A DNA stretch of 28,217 bases, taken from Thermotogota bacterium. Lineage in GTDB: Bacteria; Bipolaricaulota; Bipolaricaulia; UBA7950; UBA9294. This document shows positions 8,627-17,898 of the stretch, piece by piece. The notes beneath the pieces are model-generated. The model did not search any database. It was not told the origin of the DNA and saw nothing but the letters and a program-made list of their open reading frames with translations. A program made the position numbers and the translations under genes. The stretch lies in contig JBDKUT010000045.1 in the NCBI GenBank assembly GCA_039679545.1, forward strand, positions 1 through 28,217. Reading direction: 5' to 3'. Within the stretch, counting starts at the first letter, position 1. The number at the start of each line of letters is the position of its first letter.

Positions 8627-8886
8627 GGGGTTCGGTAACGTGTCGCGAAGGCCGTCCGAACTCCCGAGCTGCTCGAGAACCCAGGACATCGAGCAGCCCA
8701 CCTCCCCGAGCCGTCGGTTCCGTGAGAAGAAGCAGCCGAAGCAGCGGCTGCTTCCAAGCTGCTCAGACCGGGCGTTGCCGAGCAGCCATCGACTCGACAG
8801 CCACGGACACCTTCCAGGAGTTCCGCGACCAGTACAGGTGCGGAACTCCCGAGCTGTCGGTCAACGCAGATCGACCGACAGCCACG
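8627..8886. repeat. Family A hairpin cluster, copies 3 and 4 (BIME-like mosaic)
   Basis: Stems at 8627-8664, 8668-8697, 8729-8754, 8758-8786, 8817-8849 and 8853-8882. Confidence 0.85.
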
Positions 8887-8924
8887 CACTCCGCGCCGCC
8901 GCCTCTCTCCCACTTTCCCCACTG

Positions 8925-8960
8925 TTGGAATCGACGTACGCCTACGCTAGAATCGCGTAG
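8925..8960 (+). promoter_or_regulatory. Putative hsdR promoter
   Basis: TTGGAA-17 nt-TAGAAT; the -10 is bracketed by the inverted repeat CTACGC/GCGTAG. Confidence 0.55.
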
Positions 8961-9017
8961 ATCCCGTCTGGAGGGCTGTCTGAGCGATAGACTCGCGCGG
9001 GCAGACAATGCCGACGA

Positions 9018-11870
9018 ATGACCACCCCTGAGCAACGCGCCCGCGAAGTGATCGACAAGAAGCTCGCCGAGTCCGGCTGGGTTGTGCAGAGCCGGGACGA
9101 GATCAATCTCTCCGCCGGGCCGGGCGTCGCGGTGCGTGAGTTCGTTCTCGAACCTGGTCACGGCCACGCGGACTACCTTCTCTTCGTCGACGGGAAGGCT
9201 GTCGGAGCGCTCGAAGCGAAGCCTGAGGGGTATCCCTTGACGAGCGTCGAGGGGCAGGGTGCGAAGTACACGGCGGGCCTTCCGTACTCGATCTCGGCGT
9301 CCGCGCCGGTGAGCCCGCTGCCGTTCGTCTATCTCAGCACCGGGAGCGAGACGAAGTTCGCGAACGGCCTTGATCCCGAGCCACGCAGCCGGAGCATCTT
9401 CCAGTTCCATCGCCCTGAGACTCTTCGCGCCTGGGTCGAAGCCGACACGCTGCCCCAGTGGATCCACGACTGGCATCCTGAGACGGGCGAGTACGCCCAC
9501 AACCCGAAGCGCCCATCCTCCCTGCGCGCACGCCTGCAGGCGATGCCGCCCGTCCTGCGCGGCAGCCTCTACGACAACCAGTTCCGCGCCGTCGCGAACC
9601 TAGAGAAGTCGCTCCGCGAGGATCGGCCGCGCTCGCTCATCCAGATGGCCACCGGCTCCGGCAAGACGATCATGGCGATCACGTCCATCTACCGCCTGAT
9701 CAAGTACGCCGGCGCCTCGCGCGTCCTCTTCCTCGTCGACCGCAAGAACCTCGGCGAGCAGGCCGAGAAGGAGTTCGGGAACTACCGCACGCCCGACGAC
9801 CACCGCAAGTTCACCGAGCTGTACAACGTCCAACGGCTCCAGTCGAACACCATCGGCGCGTCGAGCAAGGTCGTCATCTCGACCATCCAGCGCCTCTACT
9901 CGATGCTCCAGGGAGAGGCCGAACTCGATCCCGCGCTCGAGGAGGAGTCGCTGTGGGAAAAGGACGGCGCGCTGTCGAAAGAAGCGCTGCCCGTCGTCTA
10001 CAACCCGGCCATCCCGCCTGAGCACTTCGACGTCATCTTCGTCGACGAGTGCCACCGCTCGATCTACTCCTTGTGGCGCCAGGTACTCGACTACTTCGAC
10101 GCCTACCTCGTCGGCCTCACCGCCACGCCCGCCGCGCACACCTACGGCTTCTTCCAGCGGAACCTCGTGATGGAGTACAGCCACGAGGAGGCCGTCGCCG
10201 ACAACGTCAACGTCGACTTCGAGGTCTACAACATCCGCACCCGGATCACGAAAGAAGGCGCGACCATCCGGCCCGGCGACTACCAACTCGGCATCCGCGA
10301 TCGGCAGACCCGCCGCGTACGTTGGGAGCGGCCCGACGAGCCCCTGACCTACAGCGCCAACGACCTCGACCGAGCCGTCGTCGCCGAGGACCAACTCCGG
10401 ACGATCATCAGGACCTTCCGCGACAAGCTGCCCACCGAGATCTTCCCCGGCCGACGCGAGGTGCCGAAGACGCTCATCTTCGCCAAGGACGACTCGCACG
10501 CCGAGGACATCGTCAAGATCGTGCGCGAGGAGTTCGGCAAGGGAAACGACTTCTGCCAGAAGATCACGTACAAGTCGACGGACAAGAAGCCGTCCGACCT
10601 CATCCAGGAGTTCCGCGTGAGCTACAACCCGCGCATTGCCGTGACCGTCGACATGATCGCGACCGGCACCGACATCAAGCCGATCGAGATCGTCATGTTC
10701 ATGCGCAGCGTCCAGAGCCGCGTCCACTTCGAGCAGATGAAAGGCCGCGGCGTGCGTGTCGTCGACCAAACGACGCTCCAGGGCGTGACGCCCGAGGCGC
10801 AAGCGAAGACGCACTTCGTCATCGTCGACTGCGTCGGCGTCACCGAGGGACCGCTCTCCGACACCCAGCCGCTCGAACGCAAGAAGACGATCTCGTTCGA
10901 CGCGCTGCTCGAGCACGTCGCTCTCGGCGGAACCGATCCGGACTACCTGTCGTCGCTCGCCGCCCGCCTCGCGCGGCTCGACCGCCAGTGCGGCGACGAA
11001 GAGAAGAAGCGGATCAGCGATGCGGCCGGCGGCACGAGGCTGGCCGACATCGTCCACGGTATCGTCCGTGCCCTCGATCCCGACGAGCAGGCGGCCGTGG
11101 CCCGCATCGCGCAGAGCCTGCCCGAGGACGTCGAACCGAAGCCTGCTGACGTGGACGCTGCAGCGAAGACGCTGCTCATGGAGGCGGCGGCGCCGCTTGC
11201 GACGAAGCCCGCGCTACGGCAGCTCCTGATCGCGACGAAGCGGTCGTTCGAGCAGATCATCGACGACGTCAGCCTTGACGAGCTTCTCGAGGCCGGCACC
11301 TCCGAAGAAGCGCGCGACAAGGCGCGCGCTCTTGTGCGCTCCTTTGAGCAGTTCCTCGCCGAGAAGAAGGGCGAGATTGAGGCGCTTGAGTTCTTCTACT
11401 CGCAGCCGTACAAGAGGCGGATCTCGTTCGCCGACATCAAGGCCTTGCACGCGGCGATCAAGGCGCCGCCGCGGCTCCTGACGCCGGAGCGGCTGTGGGC
11501 GGCCTACAAGCTCCTCGAGCAGAACAAGGTGCGTGGCGCGAGCAGCCAGCGGAAGCTGGCCGACATCGTCTCGCTCGTGCGGTTCGCCCTGCACCAAGAA
11601 CCAGAGCTGGTTCCCTACGCAGACGGTGTACAGGTTCGCTTCGAGCATTGGATGGCGACGCAGGAGTTGGGCGGGCGGTCGTTCACCGTCGAGCAGCGGC
11701 GGTGGTTGGAGATGATTCGCGATCACATTGCGCAGAGTCTTGAGATCACGCCCGACGACTTCGGCTACGCTCCGTTCGTTGAGGAGGGCGGTCTGGGCAA
11801 GGCACGACAGGTTCTGGGCCCGGATCTCACGAAGCTGATGGATGAGCTGAATGGAGCGCTCGTCTCATGA
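9018..11870 (+). CDS. hsdR: Type I restriction enzyme R subunit (EcoEI/EcoAI-like)
   Basis: ADYLLFVDGKAVGALEAK nuclease motif, QMATGSGKT, DECHRS, LTATP, MIATGTD, QMKGRG, and an EcoEI-type C-terminus. Confidence 0.95.
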   Translation: MTTPEQRAREVIDKKLAESGWVVQSRDEINLSAGPGVAVREFVLEPGHGHADYLLFVDGKAVGALEAKPEGYPLTSVEGQGAKYTAGLPYSISASAPVSPLPFVYLSTGSETKFANGLDPEPRSRSIFQFHRPETLRAWVEADTLPQWIHDWHPETGEYAHNPKRPSSLRARLQAMPPVLRGSLYDNQFRAVANLEKSLREDRPRSLIQMATGSGKTIMAITSIYRLIKYAGASRVLFLVDRKNLGEQAEKEFGNYRTPDDHRKFTELYNVQRLQSNTIGASSKVVISTIQRLYSMLQGEAELDPALEEESLWEKDGALSKEALPVVYNPAIPPEHFDVIFVDECHRSIYSLWRQVLDYFDAYLVGLTATPAAHTYGFFQRNLVMEYSHEEAVADNVNVDFEVYNIRTRITKEGATIRPGDYQLGIRDRQTRRVRWERPDEPLTYSANDLDRAVVAEDQLRTIIRTFRDKLPTEIFPGRREVPKTLIFAKDDSHAEDIVKIVREEFGKGNDFCQKITYKSTDKKPSDLIQEFRVSYNPRIAVTVDMIATGTDIKPIEIVMFMRSVQSRVHFEQMKGRGVRVVDQTTLQGVTPEAQAKTHFVIVDCVGVTEGPLSDTQPLERKKTISFDALLEHVALGGTDPDYLSSLAARLARLDRQCGDEEKKRISDAAGGTRLADIVHGIVRALDPDEQAAVARIAQSLPEDVEPKPADVDAAAKTLLMEAAAPLATKPALRQLLIATKRSFEQIIDDVSLDELLEAGTSEEARDKARALVRSFEQFLAEKKGEIEALEFFYSQPYKRRISFADIKALHAAIKAPPRLLTPERLWAAYKLLEQNKVRGASSQRKLADIVSLVRFALHQEPELVPYADGVQVRFEHWMATQELGGRSFTVEQRRWLEMIRDHIAQSLEITPDDFGYAPFVEEGGLGKARQVLGPDLTKLMDELNGALVS

Positions 11871-13411
11871 GGAACTGCATTCCATCCAACTGGACCATCG
11901 CCAGGCTCGGGGATCTTGGTCAGTACTACAACGGGCGGGCATTCAAAGAGTCGGAGTGGAAGTCGACCGGCCGCCCGATCATACGAATCCAGAATCTGAC
12001 CGGATCAGGCTCCGAGATTCACTACTACGACGGAGATGTGGATGCCCGGAACGAAGCGCACGCCGGCGACCTCTTGGTCTCGTGGGCCGCAACGCTTGGT
12101 GCATACATCTGGGACGGCCCTCCCGCAGTCATCAACCAGCACATCTTCAAGGTCGAAAGCCTGATCAACAAGCGCTTCCACTTCTACTCCATCCAGGACG
12201 CTCTCGATGACCTCTATCGGCGCTCACACGGCACCGGGATGGTTCACGTCACTCGCGGCGTCTTCGACGAGACTAAGATCGGGCTTCCGCCACTGAGCGA
12301 ACAGGAGCGCATCGTCGAGGCGATCGAGTCGTACTTGACGCGGCTGGACAACGCGGTCGCGCTCTTGGAGCGGGTGGAAGAGAACCTGAAGCGGTATCGC
12401 GTTTCGGTCCTCAAGGCTGCCGTCGAGGGCCGTCTCGTGCCGACTGAGGCCGAGCTGGCACGACGCGAGGGAAGAACCTATGAGCCCGCGAGCGACCTCT
12501 TGAAGCGCATCCTCGCCGAGCGCAAGACGCGCTGGATCGAAGACGCTGCCGAGAAGGCTCGCGCCAAAGCCGAGGAGAGGGCACACAAGAACGGCCAGCC
12601 ATGGACAGTCAAGGACAACGCCGCGGTCCTCGACAAGGAACGCGCCAAGGTCGCCAAGCAGTACAAGGAACCTGCTGCCCCGGACACGACCGATCTCCCC
12701 AAGCTCCCCGAAGGTTGGTGCTGGGCCACACTGGAGTCCATCTTCGCGTCAATCACTGACGGGGATCATGTCGCTCCGCCACAGTCACCGGAGGGGATTC
12801 CGTTCCTGGTGATTGGCGACGTGCGCGACGGCACGATCCACCTACTGGGGACGCGACATGTTCCACGCGAGTACTACGTACAACTCGATCCAGCAAGGAA
12901 GCCGACCGTGGGGGATATCCTCTACACGGTAACGGGATCGTTCGGCATACCCGTCTTCGTTGATAGTGATGTTGAGTTCTGCGTTCAGAGGCACATCGCG
13001 ATCTTGCGCCCGGCTCCAGAAGTGAATGCCCGCTTCCTCACAAAGCTGCTTCGATCGCAACCGGTGTTTCTGCAAGCGTCCGATGCCGCGACTGGTACGG
13101 CGCAGAAGACGGTCGGCCTCCAGAAGCTCCGGGTAATCACGGTGCCTCTTCCTCCGGAACCGGAACAGAACAGGCTCCTCGGTGAGCTGGAGCGAGCTGA
13201 GTCACTTGCGCTGTCAGTGGGTGCCGCGATTCTGAGGGCGACATCCCGTGCCGTTCGCCTGCGCCAGTCGATCCTCAAGTGGGCGTTCGAGGGGAAGCTC
13301 GTCAAGCAGGACCCGAGCGACGAACCTGCGTCGGTCTTGCTCGAGCGGATCAAGGCGGAGCGAGCGCTCAACGGTGCGCCGAGACGCGGGCGAAGGAGGC
13401 GTGATGGCTAG
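11867..13411 (+). CDS. hsdS: Type I R-M specificity subunit with two TRDs
   Basis: IPSNW..., LPPLSEQERIV, LPEGWCW, LPPEPEQ, LRQSILKWAFEGKLV, DEPASVLLERI; ATGA overlap with hsdR. Confidence 0.93.
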   Translation: MRNCIPSNWTIARLGDLGQYYNGRAFKESEWKSTGRPIIRIQNLTGSGSEIHYYDGDVDARNEAHAGDLLVSWAATLGAYIWDGPPAVINQHIFKVESLINKRFHFYSIQDALDDLYRRSHGTGMVHVTRGVFDETKIGLPPLSEQERIVEAIESYLTRLDNAVALLERVEENLKRYRVSVLKAAVEGRLVPTEAELARREGRTYEPASDLLKRILAERKTRWIEDAAEKARAKAEERAHKNGQPWTVKDNAAVLDKERAKVAKQYKEPAAPDTTDLPKLPEGWCWATLESIFASITDGDHVAPPQSPEGIPFLVIGDVRDGTIHLLGTRHVPREYYVQLDPARKPTVGDILYTVTGSFGIPVFVDSDVEFCVQRHIAILRPAPEVNARFLTKLLRSQPVFLQASDAATGTAQKTVGLQKLRVITVPLPPEPEQNRLLGELERAESLALSVGAAILRATSRAVRLRQSILKWAFEGKLVKQDPSDEPASVLLERIKAERALNGAPRRGRRRRDG

Positions 13412-13925
13412 TCAAGAACCAGCAGCTGCGCGCGAAAGGACCGACTCCAAGCTTCGCTATGCCGCTGTGCACTTGGAGGAACTCCGGGCCATGCAGCGCC
13501 GGGGAAGTGATCCTGAGCGAGCGCATCAGGAGTCGTACCTCTTTCACTTGCTCGGCGTGCCAGACGCGCTTCTCCAGGAGATGAACGCCCAATACGCCCT
13601 GGGCCTCACGCAGAGAAGAGTGTCCGTGTCATCAATTGCCACAGAGCTACATGCAGCTGGGCGTACGTCAGGGGCGCTGACGCACATGCTCGCGGTCGAG
13701 CGGGATCCAAAGAGCTGGCTGAACTGCGCGAAGGATATGCGCAACCACGTTACGCACCGCGCGAGTGTGCCGCGGCACTTCTACCAGGGTGGCCCAAGAC
13801 ACAACCAGGCATCGCTTGTTGACACGCGAACGAACAAGGAGATTGACCAGGACTACTTGGTGCTCTATGACGGCTGGTTCTCAGACATGAACGCTTTCGT
13901 GAAGGACGTTCGAAGCAAGATGTAG
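13404..13925 (+). CDS. Hypothetical alpha-helical protein with HEPN-like RxxxxH motif
   Basis: RBS AAGGAGG; overlaps the hsdS stop; ends 9 nt before hsdM; ...WLNCAKDMRNHVTHR... Confidence 0.65.
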   Translation: MASQEPAAARERTDSKLRYAAVHLEELRAMQRRGSDPERAHQESYLFHLLGVPDALLQEMNAQYALGLTQRRVSVSSIATELHAAGRTSGALTHMLAVERDPKSWLNCAKDMRNHVTHRASVPRHFYQGGPRHNQASLVDTRTNKEIDQDYLVLYDGWFSDMNAFVKDVRSKM

Positions 13926-13934
13926 TGGAGGCGA

Positions 13935-15464
13935 ATGCCCGAGTCGACGCAGCAACTGACAAGCAAGCTCTGGTCGTACTGCCACGTCCTGCGCGACGAC
14001 GGACTGAGCTACCAGGACTACCTGGAGCAACTCACGTTCCTCCTCTTCCTCAAAATGGCCGACGAGCGCGAGGCGCAAGGAAAGCCGAACCCAGTACCTG
14101 AAGGCTATCGCTGGCGCGACCTATCGGCCCCGCACATGGAGGGCTCGCGGCTTGAGGACCATTACCGCAAGACGCTCGAAGACCTTGGGAAGAAGGGTGG
14201 GATGCTCGGCCTCATCTTCCGCAAGGCGCAGAACAAGGTTCAGGACCCGGCCAAGCTGCGGCAGCTCATCGTCGAGCTGATCGGAAAAGAAGAGTGGCTG
14301 TCGCTCACGGCCGACGTGAAGGGCGACGCCTACGAGGGCCTGCTCGAACGCAACGCCCAGGATGTGAAGTCGGGCGCCGGCCAGTACTTCACGCCGCGGC
14401 CGCTCATCGACAGGATCATCGACTGCATCCAGCCTCGGATTACCGAGACCGTGTGCGACCCGGCCTGCGGCACGGGCGGCTTCCTTCTCTCGGCCTACCA
14501 CTACATGGCTCGCCAGAGCCGCGACCTCGATCCCGATCAGAAGAAGCACCTCAGGTACAACGCCCTGCGCGGCGTCGAACTCGTCGACGGTGTGTCGCGC
14601 CTCTGCGCGATGAACCTACTCCTGCACGGCGTCGGGCCGGACGGCGATGAGGCTGATCCGCCGATCCGCACCGACGACAGCCTGCGCAACGAGCCGAGCG
14701 TGCACTACCCCGTCGTCGTCACCAATCCGCCGTTCGGCAAGAAGTCGAGCATCACGGTGGTCAACGAAGAGGGCGAGACCGACAAGCACACGATCAGCTA
14801 CAGCCGCCCCGACTTCTGGACCACGACGACGAACAAGCAGCTGAACTTCGTGCAGCACATCAAGAGCCTGCTCGAGCAGAACGGCCGCGCCGCTGTCGTC
14901 GTGCCCGACAACGTCCTGTTCGAGGGCGGCGCCGGCGAGACCGTGCGCCGCAAGCTGATGCACGAGTGCGACCTGCACACCGTCCTGCGCCTGCCGACCG
15001 GCATCTTCTACGCCCAGGGCGTCAAGGCCAACGTCATCTTCTTCGACCGCAAGCCGGCGAGCGAGACCCCGTGGACGAAGACGGTGTGGTTCTACGACCT
15101 GCGCACCAACATGCACTTCACCCTCAAGCAGAACCGCCTTGAGCGAAGCGCCCTCGACGAGTTCGTTGCCTGCTACCGCCCAGGAGATCGGCACAACCGG
15201 TCCGCAACCTGGACGCCCGAGACTCCCGAAGGCCGTTGGCGGCCGTACACGTACGACGAGATCATCCAGCGCGACAAAGCCAGCCTCGACATCTTCTGGC
15301 TGCGCGACGAGAGCCTCGAAGACTCCGCCAACCTCCCCGATCCCGACGTCCTCGCCGCCGAGATCATCGAAGACCTCCAAGCCGCGCTCGAAGAACTGCA
15401 AGCCATATCCGACGACCTGGCCCAGACCCCAGGAGCGAGAGAAGGAGATGCCGATGGCAGATGA
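13935..15464 (+). CDS. hsdM: Type I R-M N6-adenine methyltransferase
   Basis: GQYFTPR, DPACGTGGF, NPPF, LRLPTGIFYAQGVKANV. Confidence 0.96.
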   Translation: MPESTQQLTSKLWSYCHVLRDDGLSYQDYLEQLTFLLFLKMADEREAQGKPNPVPEGYRWRDLSAPHMEGSRLEDHYRKTLEDLGKKGGMLGLIFRKAQNKVQDPAKLRQLIVELIGKEEWLSLTADVKGDAYEGLLERNAQDVKSGAGQYFTPRPLIDRIIDCIQPRITETVCDPACGTGGFLLSAYHYMARQSRDLDPDQKKHLRYNALRGVELVDGVSRLCAMNLLLHGVGPDGDEADPPIRTDDSLRNEPSVHYPVVVTNPPFGKKSSITVVNEEGETDKHTISYSRPDFWTTTTNKQLNFVQHIKSLLEQNGRAAVVVPDNVLFEGGAGETVRRKLMHECDLHTVLRLPTGIFYAQGVKANVIFFDRKPASETPWTKTVWFYDLRTNMHFTLKQNRLERSALDEFVACYRPGDRHNRSATWTPETPEGRWRPYTYDEIIQRDKASLDIFWLRDESLEDSANLPDPDVLAAEIIEDLQAALEELQAISDDLAQTPGAREGDADGR

Positions 15465-16557
15465 ATCCCCCGGTGTAGTCCTTGATCGCCCTCTTGGCGA
15501 GGCGCTCCTATTCCAGGCGGTCAAGGAGAAGCTGATCGACGGCGACATAGCATTGGGAAACGGATACGTGTCCAAGCTACTCGCGAATCCGCCGTCGGCG
15601 GACTTGCTGCACAGAGCGTTCGAGCAGCTCGTTCTGTGCGGGAGAGTGTTCTTGCCATTCTGGACGCCCTCAGCGTGGGAGGGATGCGTCTTCGAAGACG
15701 GCCTGTTCGTGCCTCTTCAATCTGTGGAGGAGGAATCGCTCGTTCGCGTAACGGACCTAGCTCCCGAGGTGGTCGCTTCTCTCTTGCAGGATCGCGGAGT
15801 GCAGTGGAGTACCGAGAGACTCGTCTCCGAGTACGACAAGTATGTTGGCGCATTCGACAAAGCTGGAGAGGTGCTTTCGCCAGATGAGCTGAAGGTCGCG
15901 GACGTGTACATGGCATTGCTGCCTCTGCTTGGTCATGGCGACCGGCCGCTCATTACGGAGCGCCAGGCTGCTGCGTGGGAGAGGCTGGCCGTTGCCACAG
16001 AGACATTCAGGCCCGTGATCTCAGTGATCAAGGAGTATCGCCAGGTTCTCACGCAGTCGTTTGCGAATGGTCTTCTCAGTTCTGTTCCCGTTGGCGCTGC
16101 GAGTCTTCCGCACCTCAAGACGGCGTTGTGCGACGACACCTCGGAGAGGCTGACGCTGTTGCACTTTGCGTGCGGAGAACTGGGTATGCTTCCAATTGCA
16201 GCGGAATTGAGGAGCACGATCGTCATTGCCCAGTCGGATGCTGCCAGTGAGTTCAGAGTGAGGCTGAGGCAGTGGGCCGAATTGCTGAAGACGGCACCTG
16301 ACACCGCCATGAAGAGGATTGGCAGCAAACTGAGGTGGGCTAAGCGATTCAAAAGCACGGGGGTGCTGCTCAATCGTGGAAGGCAGCTGTTGGTAGGTGT
16401 TAGCGTCCCGGCAGCGCTAGCCGGCGCCTTGACGCTGAACCCGATTGTTACGGCTGCCGCAAGGGTGTGCGCGCTCGCCGGCGGTGCGATGCTTGGTGGT
16501 GAGAAGCTGATCAGAGCTTCGACCCGGTGGGCAAGCTTCGGACTGAAACGGCCATGA
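15454..16557 (+). CDS. Hypothetical protein with C-terminal hydrophobic hairpin
   Basis: RBS GAAGGAG; overlaps the hsdM stop; long ORF with visibly less GC-biased codons; LLVGVSVPAALAGALTLNPIVTAAARVCALAGGAMLGG. Confidence 0.65.
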   Translation: MADESPGVVLDRPLGEALLFQAVKEKLIDGDIALGNGYVSKLLANPPSADLLHRAFEQLVLCGRVFLPFWTPSAWEGCVFEDGLFVPLQSVEEESLVRVTDLAPEVVASLLQDRGVQWSTERLVSEYDKYVGAFDKAGEVLSPDELKVADVYMALLPLLGHGDRPLITERQAAAWERLAVATETFRPVISVIKEYRQVLTQSFANGLLSSVPVGAASLPHLKTALCDDTSERLTLLHFACGELGMLPIAAELRSTIVIAQSDAASEFRVRLRQWAELLKTAPDTAMKRIGSKLRWAKRFKSTGVLLNRGRQLLVGVSVPAALAGALTLNPIVTAAARVCALAGGAMLGGEKLIRASTRWASFGLKRP

Positions 16558-16638
16558 GTCCGCGCGATGGGGTGAAAGAGCTGGTCTCCTGGCGGCGGTC
16601 TGCCGGGGTCTTCAGCCGGGAGCGTGCAGGAGAGCGAC

Positions 16639-17655
16639 ATGAGTGACTCAGACAGGACTATCTGGGGAATCCACGCCGGGAGGATGGGCAGGGCAGACAA
16701 CCTCTTCCTGAAGAAGAACGTCATAGCTATTGGCTGGAATGAGATTGGCGATCCGTCTCGTATCGGCGGCGACCGAGAGGCGCTCAAGGCAAAGGTTGCC
16801 AGTACTCACCCTGACGGGAAGCCCGGGGCGGTTCCGGTCCATGCCGGACAGCTCTACCGCTTCATCACTGAGATTCAGGTGGGCGATCTCATCGCCTACC
16901 CGTCGAAGATCGACCGCGAGATCCACATCGGCAAGGTACTCGGGCCGCACCGCTACGACCCTGCTTTTGACGCGGAGTACCCGAATATCAGGAAGGTCGA
17001 GTGGCTTGGGAAGTTCCCGCGTACGCGCTTCTCCCAGGGGGCACTCTACGAGATAGGCTCGGCGTTGACGCTCTTCCAGATCAGGAACTACGCCGATGAG
17101 TTCGTCGCCGCTCTCACGGGGGAAGCACCAATTCCTGCGGACAGCGACGAGGCAACGGCAGCGATTGTCGCTGAGGAGATCGAAGCGACTACGCGCGACT
17201 ACGTCCTGAAGCGACTGGCCCAGGAGATGAAGGGCCATCCGCTCGAGGAGTTCGTGGCCCATCTGCTCGAGGCCATGGGATACAGAACGCGGGTTGCTGC
17301 GGTGGGAACCGACTCCGGCATCGACATCATCGCCCACAAGGACCATCTTGGGTTCGAGCCACCGATCATCAAAGTCCAGGTGAAGAGCACGGAAGGCAGC
17401 GTCGGCGACCCGGTCGTGTCCGCTCTGTACGGGAAGGTGAGCCCGAGCGAGTTCGGCTTGCTTGTCACCTTGGGCACCTTCACAACCCAGGCGCGAGCAT
17501 TCGCCCGTGAGAAGCCGAACCTCCGGTTGATCGACGGTGACGAGCTCGTGAACCTCGTCTTCGAGCATTACGAGCACTTCGACGCGAAGTACAAGGGACT
17601 GCTGCCGCTGAAGCAGATCTACGTGCCGGAGCCACTTGGCGGCGATGGGGAGTGA
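16639..17655 (+). CDS. mrr: Mrr-family (type IV-like) restriction endonuclease
   Basis: C-terminal Mrr_cat: LEEFVAHLLEAMGY...DSGIDII...VQVK...GLLVTLGTFT...LRLIDGDELV; N-terminal domain IWGIHAG...IAIGW. Confidence 0.85.
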   Translation: MSDSDRTIWGIHAGRMGRADNLFLKKNVIAIGWNEIGDPSRIGGDREALKAKVASTHPDGKPGAVPVHAGQLYRFITEIQVGDLIAYPSKIDREIHIGKVLGPHRYDPAFDAEYPNIRKVEWLGKFPRTRFSQGALYEIGSALTLFQIRNYADEFVAALTGEAPIPADSDEATAAIVAEEIEATTRDYVLKRLAQEMKGHPLEEFVAHLLEAMGYRTRVAAVGTDSGIDIIAHKDHLGFEPPIIKVQVKSTEGSVGDPVVSALYGKVSPSEFGLLVTLGTFTTQARAFAREKPNLRLIDGDELVNLVFEHYEHFDAKYKGLLPLKQIYVPEPLGGDGE

Positions 17656-17898
17656 GTGAGCCGTACCTTGGTTGCCAGATGAAACCCGAGTACCTGCGGA
17701 AGGGCGCGCATCCGCGCCGCGGAACGGTGCGCATCATCGGATGCGGGAGAGCGGAGGCAGTTCGGGCGGAGCAGCCGGTGTCTGCAAGTTGTCGCTGCAG
17801 AAACGGGCGATGTGTTGCACAAGGCCGTGTTCCGGCTGGGCGGCAGTAGCGAGAACCCGCTAGGTCGAGTTGAGGAACAGGACCGAGAGGAGGGCGCG

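Noticed and set aside
4679..8886. CRISPR array suggested by recurring hairpins
   Set aside because: No constant repeat with regular unique spacers; the stems vary, the copies are dispersed, and there are no cas genes
17652..17863. Short ORFs between mrr and NDT-PRT (MKPEYL..., TVRII faintly BrnA/BrnT-like)
   Set aside because: The similarity is only a few residues and cannot be supported
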